Below are positions 48,901-57,551 of a DNA stretch of 64,000 nt, piece after piece (the stretch's first letter is position 1; each line of letters begins with the position of its first letter). This DNA comes from Escherichia phage vB_Ec-M-J: the sequence record OQ718158.1; one strand, given 5' to 3'. Position numbers and translations under genes: made by a program. The notes beneath the pieces are model-generated. The model saw only the letters and a list, made by a program, of their open reading frames with translations. It made no database searches and had not been told where the DNA came from.

Positions 48901-51900
48901 GTAACAGATTGAACTGAACCAAAATCCGCACCAAATTTAGCATTAGCTGCACTTGGAGTACAGGAGATGAACTCACCAGTACTTAAATTATTCTGACTCC
49001 AAATAACAAAGTCTTTAGCAATAGTTGTCCAGTCTTGTTGAGTACCACTATCATTTACATCTTCAAAAATCCAGCCATGTTCTTTTAGATATTCACCATA
49101 TCCACAAATGAAAGTATAAACTTCTTGGTATGTATTGAATATTTTACCATATTCTAATGTACCTTCAGATTTCCATTCATTGTAATGAACAACAGTTCTG
49201 TCTTCCAATTTAAGAGTTACTTTTCTTCCATTTTTAACTGGAATTTTATATTTAAATTTAGCACCAACTAAATCATAACCATCAATTTGATATGCACTAC
49301 CATTCCAAGTAATTTTTACTGCACTCATTTGCTCATCGCGAATGTTATTAGAACGAACTAGACCGATAGTTTGGTTTTCTTGTGAAATCAAACCGAAAGA
49401 TTTAGCAGTGAATGTCAATTGGTCTGCTTTAGTAAAGCCACCAATTTTGTGAGCGACATTGACATAAGAAGAACGAACAACGTCACCGTATTTGGTGGTA
49501 ATGTTCTTATTCTGATACATCAAATAGTCACTAACAAACATTTGATAACCGATAGTACGGGTGTTTTTCTCACCATGTACTAATGTAGTACTGTCAAAGT
49601 TTAGACGCTTACGGGTTTCACCATAAAGGAACTGTGAACCATCAGTATAAACTGGTTTAAGGTTATCATTACGGGTATCCCAGTAATAGTTTGCAAACTG
49701 TGCTGGTTTTGCTTTGTATAGAAGAAGCATTTGGTCATAAGCAAACATCGCAGTGTTCATGTAAGTGAATTCCATGTCACCCATGTCACCATAAGACCAC
49801 GGTTCTGCACGATGATCTAAATTACCACTAACAAGACCTAAAACTTCAGGTGCAATATACTCAACTTCACAAATATCAATACCAGTACTGGTTTTCTCGC
49901 CAGTCTTAGTGATTTTAAATGGCTGTACACCGAAACGCTTGTATTTGTCATATTGACCACGGCGTTCACCTGACAAAATAGTACCAGTACTGCTATCACC
50001 GATAGTACCATCAATATCCCACAATCCACTTGGGACCAAATCACCATTTTCATTCATTACTAGTGCTTCATACACATAAACAACATCACCCTCACGTTCA
50101 CCAACTTGAACTGCGGTTGGTTCGTATTCTTGGTTCCACCAAGTAGGACGTTGAGAGAAGCCCATCATTTCCCACGGATGGGTTGCTGGACGATATGTGC
50201 CATATTGGTCAGTATAGATTGCACGCCATGAACCACGAGCAGGAATTTCAGTACGTTGACCATCAACAACATAATAACTACCAGTATAGTTCCAAGTTCT
50301 CCAGTTATTTGCATCATAATCATGAGTACTGTTACTAATGCCATTGGTTGCTGTGAAGTTAATGTAACCACGTAGTAATAGAGTTTTCTTTTCTTCTGCA
50401 CTATAATCAGTACCAGTGAAATATGGAGTTGGGAATAGGTCTTCACTGTTTAGTACTGGTTTATAATCAATATCCTTGAAAGTAAGATCAATACTATTAA
50501 AGATACGATTTTCCAATTCAAAAACTACGTCATCCATTTTATCAACACCATTGATAACACGGTATGCTTTTGAAATAATACCAGTATGACTGATATTATA
50601 ACAGCTAGATTTACTACCAGCAGTTAAGAATGTTGCTTTTTGTGGTGTATAAGCTTGCAAAATACCCAAGAACTGTGGAGTTGGTGGGACAAATGCACGA
50701 ATAAACCCAGCAGTGCTTGCAACGTTGTCATAGTAGAATGGGAATGTACTATCACGTCCCATATTAATAGCTGTTAGAATCGCATCTACGATGTTTGATG
50801 CACTATTACCAAGAAAAGCACTTGGGTCTTCTTCATACAAACGAAGCATTTGAGTGTTGAACTTGTTAATGAAGCGGAAGTATTCTGCTTGCATAAACAT
50901 GATTGATTCAAACAAATCAATATCTTCATTAGCGGTATGTGCCATTAGTGGTAACATGGACGCTTCGTTTTGAATAATTTTAGTGCCTACACCATTATTA
51001 ACCAAACCAGCAGCCAAACGTTCTTCGTAATTGTTAAAGTCATCAGCAGAACCAGATGTAATATTCTTTTGAATAATATCTTGGAAGTGCAGGGTGTAAT
51101 CACCTTGGTTGATGTATTCAATGTTTGAATTATATGGGTTATTTTGTAGATTAATTGGAACTTCATATGCACCCAACTCTTTATTAGGAGTGATAGTGCT
51201 ACTATAAGTTCTGATTTGTACAACAGAATCTTCATCCAAATCAACAGAGCTATCAATTGTAATACTTTGTACTTGATTATTAACTACAGTTTTTGTGTAT
51301 TCTTTTATTTCCACACCATCAACAACTAGTTCGATAATATCATCAGAATTATCTAGTACTTTTTGTGCCAATTCAAATGTATGATTGTACTTAACGCTTT
51401 GTACCCCATCACCAACGATAACATGCCAATCAAGATATGTTTCACGTTCTGCTTTGTAATATTGATAAGTTCTGTCAACTTCAATTACATAAGCATACAT
51501 TCCTTCAACTGGGTCTTTGAAACTTTCCATGTCATAAACAGTACTGAACACGCGGAACATTACTGTACGTTCAACCTGTGGAGTTTGTTTAACATATTGT
51601 TTGGAGTATTCAGTACTACGAACCCAATCAGTTTCTAGGTTCATTGTATTACCTTCACCAATTACGTTATAGTAATATAGTCCATCAATTTCAACTTCCA
51701 CACCCAAATGCTCGTAAGTATAACGAGTTGATTGTAGGAAATTCTCATATGTGTAATAATTGTAATCACCTAGTTCAATGTTATAACCATAAACGCTATC
51801 AGTTGCATAATTATAGTTAATTTTAAAACCAAATAGTGAAGAACCAGTAAAAGTACTTGATGGATAGGTAGTAGTGTTGTTTAGTTTAACACCATTACGG

Positions 51901-53000
51901 TCATACAATTGGAATTGTGGAAATACGTTCACAGAAGTTTTAGACTGTGCTTGAATCCAATGAGAACCGTCCCAATACATGGAACTGTTACCAAATTCAT
52001 TACCTTTGATAATAAGAACTACGTCACCATCTTGTGGTTCACCACTCGGACGGCTTTCAGATTCTTCGTCTGGGTCTAATGCTAGACCATACACACGTGT
52101 TCCATCTTGCATACGTTTAACATATACTTTATAAATTCGGTTGTTTTCACCATTGTTACCAATACTGGTGAAAAGAATACGCATACCATCTTGTGGAATA
52201 ATACCATCAATACGTATACCGCTGTTAATATCTTTTTGTACGATATCTTCAGGTTTAATAATATCAGAGAACAAATCAACTGTCCCACGGAATTTAGTAC
52301 CGTAGTTCATTAGTTCGATATTTTTATTGTATTCGATAATTGGTGCACGAGCACGAACAAAACGGGAATCTTGCATTAGTTCTTCAGTTAGGATAGTACC
52401 ATCTTCTAAAGTTTCACCTAATGTGTACCAGAAGTTTTGTAGTGACCAAGTGTTACCATTTTCTGCACCACGTTCCATTACAATATAATCTGGAGTTGTG
52501 ATATTATAGCTATTCTTGGAATCCCATAGGTATGAACTGTAGTTGTTCATTTTATTTGGGTTAATTGGTGGGGTCCATGAATAGAACTTACCATTAAACA
52601 AACGGCTTTCATTTTCGGTTAGTGCACCGTAATGATTCATATAGCCAACTAGATCATCATAAAATTGAATTGAACGAATGCTGGAGTTATCATTTCTTGA
52701 GACATACGCAGTGGACAACTGATATAGTTGACGTGCGACTGTTGACTCGTGTAAGAAGATGTTCCCTGCTGCTGCCGGAGAACCCATGTCACCAATGTAG
52801 CCGTCAACTAATTCGTTTTCAGCCGGATTAAACCATTGTTGGATAACATCATCACTGACTTTCTGAATATCTTCTAAGCCTTGCATCCACTCAGGCAATC
52901 TTTTTATGAAAAGCTTCTTCTGTACTGCTTCAGCCATCTGTGTAGGTTGAAACTTAAAATTATTAGTCATTTTTGGACTCCATATAATTCGTTCATTCAT
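42999..53000 (-). CDS. giant virion protein (3333 aa); probable baseplate/fibre protein in the gp7 position
   Basis: Uninterrupted 10-kb ORF directly downstream of gp25-like and gp6-like genes; Y/N/W/T-rich beta-type composition. ATG 53000 lacks a Shine-Dalgarno; in-frame ATG 52970 has GGAG. Confidence 0.75.
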   Translation of the reverse strand: MNERIIWSPKMTNNFKFQPTQMAEAVQKKLFIKRLPEWMQGLEDIQKVSDDVIQQWFNPAENELVDGYIGDMGSPAAAGNIFLHESTVARQLYQLSTAYVSRNDNSSIRSIQFYDDLVGYMNHYGALTENESRLFNGKFYSWTPPINPNKMNNYSSYLWDSKNSYNITTPDYIVMERGAENGNTWSLQNFWYTLGETLEDGTILTEELMQDSRFVRARAPIIEYNKNIELMNYGTKFRGTVDLFSDIIKPEDIVQKDINSGIRIDGIIPQDGMRILFTSIGNNGENNRIYKVYVKRMQDGTRVYGLALDPDEESESRPSGEPQDGDVVLIIKGNEFGNSSMYWDGSHWIQAQSKTSVNVFPQFQLYDRNGVKLNNTTTYPSSTFTGSSLFGFKINYNYATDSVYGYNIELGDYNYYTYENFLQSTRYTYEHLGVEVEIDGLYYYNVIGEGNTMNLETDWVRSTEYSKQYVKQTPQVERTVMFRVFSTVYDMESFKDPVEGMYAYVIEVDRTYQYYKAERETYLDWHVIVGDGVQSVKYNHTFELAQKVLDNSDDIIELVVDGVEIKEYTKTVVNNQVQSITIDSSVDLDEDSVVQIRTYSSTITPNKELGAYEVPINLQNNPYNSNIEYINQGDYTLHFQDIIQKNITSGSADDFNNYEERLAAGLVNNGVGTKIIQNEASMLPLMAHTANEDIDLFESIMFMQAEYFRFINKFNTQMLRLYEEDPSAFLGNSASNIVDAILTAINMGRDSTFPFYYDNVASTAGFIRAFVPPTPQFLGILQAYTPQKATFLTAGSKSSCYNISHTGIISKAYRVINGVDKMDDVVFELENRIFNSIDLTFKDIDYKPVLNSEDLFPTPYFTGTDYSAEEKKTLLLRGYINFTATNGISNSTHDYDANNWRTWNYTGSYYVVDGQRTEIPARGSWRAIYTDQYGTYRPATHPWEMMGFSQRPTWWNQEYEPTAVQVGEREGDVVYVYEALVMNENGDLVPSGLWDIDGTIGDSSTGTILSGERRGQYDKYKRFGVQPFKITKTGEKTSTGIDICEVEYIAPEVLGLVSGNLDHRAEPWSYGDMGDMEFTYMNTAMFAYDQMLLLYKAKPAQFANYYWDTRNDNLKPVYTDGSQFLYGETRKRLNFDSTTLVHGEKNTRTIGYQMFVSDYLMYQNKNITTKYGDVVRSSYVNVAHKIGGFTKADQLTFTAKSFGLISQENQTIGLVRSNNIRDEQMSAVKITWNGSAYQIDGYDLVGAKFKYKIPVKNGRKVTLKLEDRTVVHYNEWKSEGTLEYGKIFNTYQEVYTFICGYGEYLKEHGWIFEDVNDSGTQQDWTTIAKDFVIWSQNNLSTGEFISCTPSAANAKFGADFGSVQSVTQNSGGVWSLLDDENQGIRQYEIETSRIGNVFTVRTTTESQKRMALIRLSLSSYEHAVVFDDKTIFGDYIYQPTYGAIQELIKMYGYITGSWTGRLQAPGFIILEAGTLPSFEKLVTDFELYYNSETPVSDVQLQELSNHLIGYQTRDYLQRMISSDVSRVDFYKGFIHDKGTNQVMEKVLRVSKSYDTDEYKALQEWAFKIGTYGNINGKKNLQFKLINDQFKQQPQMVSFDVNATSNGTGNGIVYYGEQGVDSRWITRPNGKFSFPMRSGRSENIQLPDIGPVTLDEISYVTKDFSTAYNDRINYMNNSGEIPDSVWMFKDGNDLWNIFELVDTEVEMLSIVPIENTDVYAEQFCKVTLSDDIPLNDGDYYYFVDETNFMPDTLTIESQYYTAGNDPRVMVVPFDTSITIDFTDPDTRPRLYRYVSRFSTEEMRQEYIDRKYSFKAPQSTLFDRPTTYDERTNITALYLNVFDPINGVIPGAAMQNVTYTSPVDPAQYNSNGELIQAWGADKVGQVWWNTSTAFYLDYTRAIYDADGNVDVDATNEYKRYNWGRLLPHSTVDVLEWVCSPVEPYNWDKYCKDVANKNKNNTMYLPSGTALEDNYSTFLEYDSTTDTYVTKYYFWVRDTIYVPPLHSRTKSCTDIARIIKEPAQLNIPWFAPINESSFILSNMQFEVNDDTSILTVSYYMDNTEVIKHDQYQLCKEGDSYNFNPSIWTSMWNSMIGQETTESGTVIDLLYPLVPNGLGSNKTWFQDVIEARRNFVESANNYYRSQNITTNTVLMDEVFNVKTTEVNPNEVSYRVLTYNSELVIAPESDKFKENDAVLVSTSGVLPNPLSTSSVYFVHIDANGYIHLMNSPSSAGSVVTITLENRGEGQQKMIKQSDYVEALGTSLDMTQYWSLADWYDIGYDKNTAYTQESSLEDANTKNYQVGDIIRITDVDGIWTLYIKAQSRDSVYWKAIGRENSTVELNDMLYADYTVRDANGSLSNREINVRKALALLKNSFDLHQSEIVFDMVKYVHVEQSVVDWVFKTSYIYIVGLEQSLVQNYSNDNLINQIVEYFEEVKPYRTKIRSQIEQKTSDDDLIKGLCNDLDPNGYIFADGTWVKTEKDIWDYEYAQFNEVTQRWEQVGELPSDFVTPNRRFQEIDVIMHYDNTQCKPNDNLASVDVLEEVNKKYQSNAQDVVSNFELQRYKYTFPEYSDEDFDLLVAYQMQLYYPELNVTLGIAYGVNQWYADHADDLVATAEFTETLNRVYKESTQNEMFNDVNHYVQYNTLSNRLKLYTGADDEVIHDEVGCGFSGLTYDDNPSTRLPFGYASSTDYNFGYFEVSSELYKKYVSLIKENNTTATDDEVRIILEVEYGVYSYRHVDEDGNQRFYNDAIHVLSGMRGLYDKDATDHYEKAEEILSRMPIDIHAFTMMPRKYVYVNVNGVYESIPDDQSIDDFMEDKFITDGQLVQLAEINLDDLPLDRNNPMYSDYQHILDSITDAKYYDDMNAFDNLALESQTSELKWEVEGDEVDPYIIDISDINPSGRKIGQIRFTVDGYGFNSVSLVQLRDNSRYKTEGMVIINPYKTTEAIVSIPSYAKIENDISKSYSKYDEKYFYKIKSIVSDTEAEVIDNTLSDGDKVMIFTTDGEDYVRYQNNAWETILSVSKIKTDTTPTLYTVRNTANGTVELLDSTGVVLRYDNITKQQQNEPAIPLALNIVRIRTFSDPEFLVDGVKLYETNRNYAIDAMNYEVFYDTTLYGGSYNDGITPDDVDVWVVSNEIFEVDGVTIDNGYNLPITGAGVLSELVRTKMTDSVEINVFEYDVGIIQPVLNAEGVWEYAYPLVSDTYIGVVGGTVTNITAISEENTTYVSQPDSVSPYSVTNNVLSGAGASMNDIISLGFEKVEVRFANNLLCGVMYSAEHDFKENVTYSFNGLNLGKVNLLKRYSVNSYPIELSVYSDSLQISGTDIKNLLEVK

Positions 53001-53017
53001 TTGATTTATTTATGATA

Positions 53018-53042
53018 TAAAAAAGACGTTCCGAAGAACGCC
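53018..53042 (-). terminator. rho-independent terminator with UUCG tetraloop (minus strand)
   Basis: Minus-strand ggcgttc-ttcg-gaacgtc followed by tttttt, between the gp6-like stop and the giant gene start. Confidence 0.65.
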
Positions 53043-53050
53043 TTAATGTG

Positions 53051-56000
53051 TTATGAACCAATGTTAATGTTACTCTTAGCCAAGGAATTGACTATCTGTA
53101 CGTTATCAACTGATGCAGTACTTAAGAAAATCTGGTCAGAACGTGAAGGGATTTCAAATAGTGAGCCAAATTTAGAGTTAGGGTTTTGAGCTACGATAAC
53201 AATAGTACTAATATGTCGTCCTAATTGGGAGTGAATGTATGTACACAAGTCTGTGTAATAGAAACTTTCACCAAAATCCCAGTTGTCAACATTAAAATAC
53301 TCGTTAGTTAGTGCTACGACATTTTGACGAATTTCATCATCACTCATTGTACTGTTAGGCAATTTGACGACTTTAAAATCTGCTTTATAATCTTCAGCAG
53401 CACTCGCACCAAATAATGGTAGATATTCTGCACTATGCCAAATAATACTGTCACTGATGACTATTTTTTGTTCAACTTCTTTAAAAATGTCTTTCAATTC
53501 AACAGATGTTGGCGGTTTAGGCATATTACCTTGTGTTCCATTCTTCAACCATACATCAACTTCAGTTTTGTATGAATTGGTTAATACATACATGTCAATC
53601 AAGTTTGTTCTACTTGGGTCAATGCGATTATCATCTGGTGCATAATGTTTCCAGTGGAAATCAATACCAGTTCTTGCATTCGTTTTTACGGTATATTGTG
53701 AAGTTACATCTTTATAACCATAATAATCTAACTTTTGGTTAACATCAGCATTAGTACCGATATTAACAATAGCACGATAAAACGCAAGTTCAGGAGTTGC
53801 AGCAGTTGTATCATCAGAATAGGTCAAGTTCTCAATTAATTGGTTTAAACGGTCATTATTATTACCAACAGTTTGTTCAATGAAGTAATATTTACCATCA
53901 TAGTTAAAGCCAACTATAAAGCCTGAACCTTTACTATAGATACCACTCAATGTTGTTGAGCGAATAGCATTGTTGCGAACAAATTCACTTCTCTTATACG
54001 CATTAGTTTCTGCAAGTGCCTGATCCATTGTATAAGCCCATGAAGAATCAAGAATAGTGAAAGTATCATTCGGTAATGACAGTACTGATATAGTGAAATC
54101 ATCGTTTTCTTGGAAAACCAATATACCACCATATTTAACTGAATCTTCACCAGTCCAATTTGGTACAATTTCTCTGAATTGATTAGGTTCTAGTGGGATT
54201 CCATTACTATCAACGTTTTCAGAGGTGATAACCACACGAGAACCATCAAGATACCCGTTTTCTTGTTGAATTGTGTCATAAATTTGGAAATCTATGTTAC
54301 TTGTCAACCCAGCATTACTATTGCTTGTGGTATTTGATGATAAAATTTCAATTTTGTCACTTTGAACACTACCAGTACTAATATCAGTTATCTTTTTAGA
54401 AGAAACGAAGTAAAAACGAACTTTATCACCACCAACGAACACATATTCAACGCCATTCGCATCAAATTCCCAGGTTTCAGCAGTATATTTGATGTTAATC
54501 ATAACAAGAACTTCATTTCCATTATAAGAAATAGTATCTTCATCAGTACTGATTTCTAATGGAATCCAAGAAGTTGTTTCTTTATCATGAATAATAACAA
54601 AATCTGTCTTTTTATCAAGCATTGCAGCGATTGCTTGCACTTCGACACTATTAAAACGTGTTCTGTATTGTAAAATGTACTCTTGTGCTTGCATATTTGA
54701 TGAAACTGAAGTACTTAGAACGTAATATCCATTATCAAGAACACTAACAATACTAGCCCACACAGTAGTTCCGGCATTTGAAAACTTAATCAACGTACCA
54801 ACTTGATAATTTCCGAATACGTTACCTGTTGCCCCCATAATACGACCATACGTATTAGTTGCGTAATTAGAATTGTATTCAGGTGTCCATTTTTGTTGAA
54901 TTTCAATACCAATTGTATTCGGTGGATATGCTTGATAACGTTGGATTACAGCATTCTCACCAATCAATGGCTGAATATTATCAATTACAATACTAGCATT
55001 TGTTTTGGTAGTTGGTAATTGTAAAGATTTATTAAATTGTGTGTTTTCTTGATACATTGAACCATCATCACTAAACACATCAGTGTTTTGATACTTACCA
55101 GTTGGATCATTAATATCAATGAATCGTGACTGTCCACTATATAAACGGTTAATTGCTTTAGATTTAAGAACTGTGTTACCCAAACTCAACGGAGCAATGT
55201 TATAGTCTTCACCGTTAACAAAACGGTTTTGAGTGTAATACATTTGTGGAGCACGAGCCTTAATTTGTTCAATTGTTTCTGCACTTTGTGCACGATCTGA
55301 TTCATATTGCAATGTGAAACGAATATCCAAAGTACTGGATTCATAGCTTGATTGTGTTTTGGTTCTATAGGTGTATTTTACACTTTTGTTCTGGATTTCA
55401 GACGTTTTAATGTTGTATGTTTCACCATTACTAACACGATACCATACACGATACGTCCCACGAGGAACAACACCACTACGAGAATCAGGATACTTAATAG
55501 TAATCTGGTCTTTATCACGAGTTGTGACAGCAAAGATTGTTTTTAGTTGACGGTTAACAGTATTGTATGCGATACTTTCCATAGATGGAACTTTGGTCCA
55601 TTTAGTACGTACAATACCATCTTCGTTGATTTCCTGAACCCAAACATCAGTTTCGTTGATATTATCTACGTTGATGTCTTGGATACGGTTTTCTTCACGA
55701 ATATTATATTGGTAATCTTGGTATGTCAATGTCCCTTGAACAAAATAAACGAAGAAACCAGTATTTGGTGAACTAAATCCGTTACCATCATTCTGATAAA
55801 CGATATATTTTTGCTCTTGTGGTTCAGGGTGACGCTCTTCAACACCAACTGCTGTAATATCAGGGTTGACAACTTCAAATGTCATCGATTCACCATTAAC
55901 TGTAGCTGTGAATGGAAGACTTGGTGCTGACATTGGAATTGTATTCATACGATATAGCTGACGAGAAACACCATTGATATCGATACGTTTAACCGGATTA

Positions 56001-56512
56001 CCAAACTGGTTAGTACTGACAAATGAACTGTTCATAACTAGAATGAAGTTCTCATACCAGTTTGTGTCCATTGGGTCATTCCAACGAATGATTTTATCCT
56101 TAAGTGATTCGTTAAAACTATTACGAACGTCTTGGTTGGTTTTTATTTCTGTTAATTTAGCAACTGCACGACCTGGATATGAACGGCGTGGAGAGTAAGA
56201 AATCATTTTTGCGAGTTTCAGTACTGATGCACGACGAGTAGCAGTATCTAGGAAGTTCTCACGAGTGTTTAAATCCATACGGAATGCTAAGTTCTGTCCT
56301 AGCATAGAAATGGTATCTAGAATAAAGATGAACTGGTCGTTTTCGATCCAGTCGTTGAAAGAATCTGGGTACGTAGCACGTAGATAGTCAATCATACTTT
56401 GACGGATTGTATCAAAGTCATAAGCTGTTAGATTGATCTTATAAAAGCTTTCATATACTTGAGTCCAATCTTCACCAGCGTATAAATTTGATTGCCTTTT
56501 TTGTTGTGACAT
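53051..56512 (-). CDS. baseplate wedge protein (T4 gp6 / P2 gpJ-like), 1153 aa
   Basis: AAGGAA Shine-Dalgarno. N-terminal region NLTAYDFDTIRQSMIDYLRATYP... resembles the gp6/gpJ N-terminal domain (T4 gp6 ...FLDYDFEGSRLNVLCDLLAYNT..., recalled from memory). Sits directly downstream of the gp25-like gene. Confidence 0.7.
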   Translation of the reverse strand: MSQQKRQSNLYAGEDWTQVYESFYKINLTAYDFDTIRQSMIDYLRATYPDSFNDWIENDQFIFILDTISMLGQNLAFRMDLNTRENFLDTATRRASVLKLAKMISYSPRRSYPGRAVAKLTEIKTNQDVRNSFNESLKDKIIRWNDPMDTNWYENFILVMNSSFVSTNQFGNPVKRIDINGVSRQLYRMNTIPMSAPSLPFTATVNGESMTFEVVNPDITAVGVEERHPEPQEQKYIVYQNDGNGFSSPNTGFFVYFVQGTLTYQDYQYNIREENRIQDINVDNINETDVWVQEINEDGIVRTKWTKVPSMESIAYNTVNRQLKTIFAVTTRDKDQITIKYPDSRSGVVPRGTYRVWYRVSNGETYNIKTSEIQNKSVKYTYRTKTQSSYESSTLDIRFTLQYESDRAQSAETIEQIKARAPQMYYTQNRFVNGEDYNIAPLSLGNTVLKSKAINRLYSGQSRFIDINDPTGKYQNTDVFSDDGSMYQENTQFNKSLQLPTTKTNASIVIDNIQPLIGENAVIQRYQAYPPNTIGIEIQQKWTPEYNSNYATNTYGRIMGATGNVFGNYQVGTLIKFSNAGTTVWASIVSVLDNGYYVLSTSVSSNMQAQEYILQYRTRFNSVEVQAIAAMLDKKTDFVIIHDKETTSWIPLEISTDEDTISYNGNEVLVMINIKYTAETWEFDANGVEYVFVGGDKVRFYFVSSKKITDISTGSVQSDKIEILSSNTTSNSNAGLTSNIDFQIYDTIQQENGYLDGSRVVITSENVDSNGIPLEPNQFREIVPNWTGEDSVKYGGILVFQENDDFTISVLSLPNDTFTILDSSWAYTMDQALAETNAYKRSEFVRNNAIRSTTLSGIYSKGSGFIVGFNYDGKYYFIEQTVGNNNDRLNQLIENLTYSDDTTAATPELAFYRAIVNIGTNADVNQKLDYYGYKDVTSQYTVKTNARTGIDFHWKHYAPDDNRIDPSRTNLIDMYVLTNSYKTEVDVWLKNGTQGNMPKPPTSVELKDIFKEVEQKIVISDSIIWHSAEYLPLFGASAAEDYKADFKVVKLPNSTMSDDEIRQNVVALTNEYFNVDNWDFGESFYYTDLCTYIHSQLGRHISTIVIVAQNPNSKFGSLFEIPSRSDQIFLSTASVDNVQIVNSLAKSNINIGS

Positions 56513-56583
56513 AATTTATTCCTTTAAATCAGTAAAGTACTAGTTCAGTACTGGGAATTATATATAGAAATATTTATCCAAAA

Positions 56584-56610
56584 AGAAAAGCACCCCGAAG
56601 AGTGCTTTTA
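56584..56610 (-). terminator. hairpin with flanking A/T runs (putative terminator or attenuator)
   Basis: agcac-cccgaaga-gtgct stem-loop followed on the minus strand by ttttcttttt. Confidence 0.45.
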
Positions 56611-56614
56611 TAAT

Positions 56615-57010
56615 TTACAAAGATGATACAGAATAGGTAGCCATTCTGTTGTTACTTCTTGCATCAAAAACTATAGTTAATTCTTCAAGAGTATTGAGAA
56701 CAACATATTCAAGTACTATATCCATCTGATAACCGTACTCAATTCTTGATATTTGAAGTTTCTTTAAGCTTAAACGTGGGTCCAAGCTAATAATTCTACG
56801 GGCATCTGCTTCCAAAAGGTTGATTGTATTATAACCATCCAATTCAAATAGCAAATCCCACGCAATGAACCCATAATCAGCATCAAATGCACGTTCACCT
56901 TTTTTTGTATTGAAATGATTCATTAAATCCTGACGAACCAATTCACTGTCATACAATGTTTCAGTTCTTCCAACTACTGGAGTTGAAAAACCTTTAAAAA
57001 CAATTGCCAT
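56615..57010 (-). CDS. baseplate wedge protein (T4 gp25 / P2 gpW-like)
   Basis: 131 aa with AAGGAA Shine-Dalgarno; size and position fit gp25/gpW; ...GERAFDADYGF... resembles the gp25 ...GSRPFDPEFGC... core. Confidence 0.7.
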   Translation of the reverse strand: MAIVFKGFSTPVVGRTETLYDSELVRQDLMNHFNTKKGERAFDADYGFIAWDLLFELDGYNTINLLEADARRIISLDPRLSLKKLQISRIEYGYQMDIVLEYVVLNTLEELTIVFDARSNNRMATYSVSSL

Positions 57011-57025
57011 TATGTATTTCCTTTA

Positions 57026-57514
57026 TTATACGGATTCGACGATGCGAGCCATCTTCTCCGCTCTGGATGTGGTTTGTTTGTACCACGAACTATCACGCAT
57101 TTCTTTACCAGCAGTTTTATAATCACCACGACCGAGAGCAGCCATCGCTTTTTTGAAATTTAAAACTTTTGATTTACCCATTTGGAACACCATAAACCAC
57201 AATACACGCTGAACCTGTACTGGAGCAGTCATTCCAAATTGATCATAGATTGATTTTGCGTCATTGTAAGCGGTCTGAGCATCTTTTATAAGGAGAGCAT
57301 CAGCTTCTGCTTCAGTGAGTCCATTTTTGAAACTTTCACCCTTAAGTACAAGGTGACCGTAACCAATGGTATCAAGACCTAGACTGTCTTTATATACCCA
57401 AAACTTATCATTTTTAAAATAACCAAGTTTTTTCTGATACGCAATAGTACCTTCAAATTCTTTAATTTCTTTAAAAAATTGTTCGTCGGTATTTTTGATT
57501 TCCCATTTACTCAT
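57026..57514 (-). CDS. endolysin, T4-lysozyme-type (GH24)
   Basis: 162 aa; EFEGT...KD..G..TIGYGH catalytic region and C-terminal ...MVFQMG...W..QT..RA... as in T4 lysozyme; GAGGAA Shine-Dalgarno. Confidence 0.85.
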   Translation of the reverse strand: MSKWEIKNTDEQFFKEIKEFEGTIAYQKKLGYFKNDKFWVYKDSLGLDTIGYGHLVLKGESFKNGLTEAEADALLIKDAQTAYNDAKSIYDQFGMTAPVQVQRVLWFMVFQMGKSKVLNFKKAMAALGRGDYKTAGKEMRDSSWYKQTTSRAEKMARIVESV

Positions 57515-57551
57515 AAAGATTTCCTCATTATTATTTATAGTACTGAAATAT

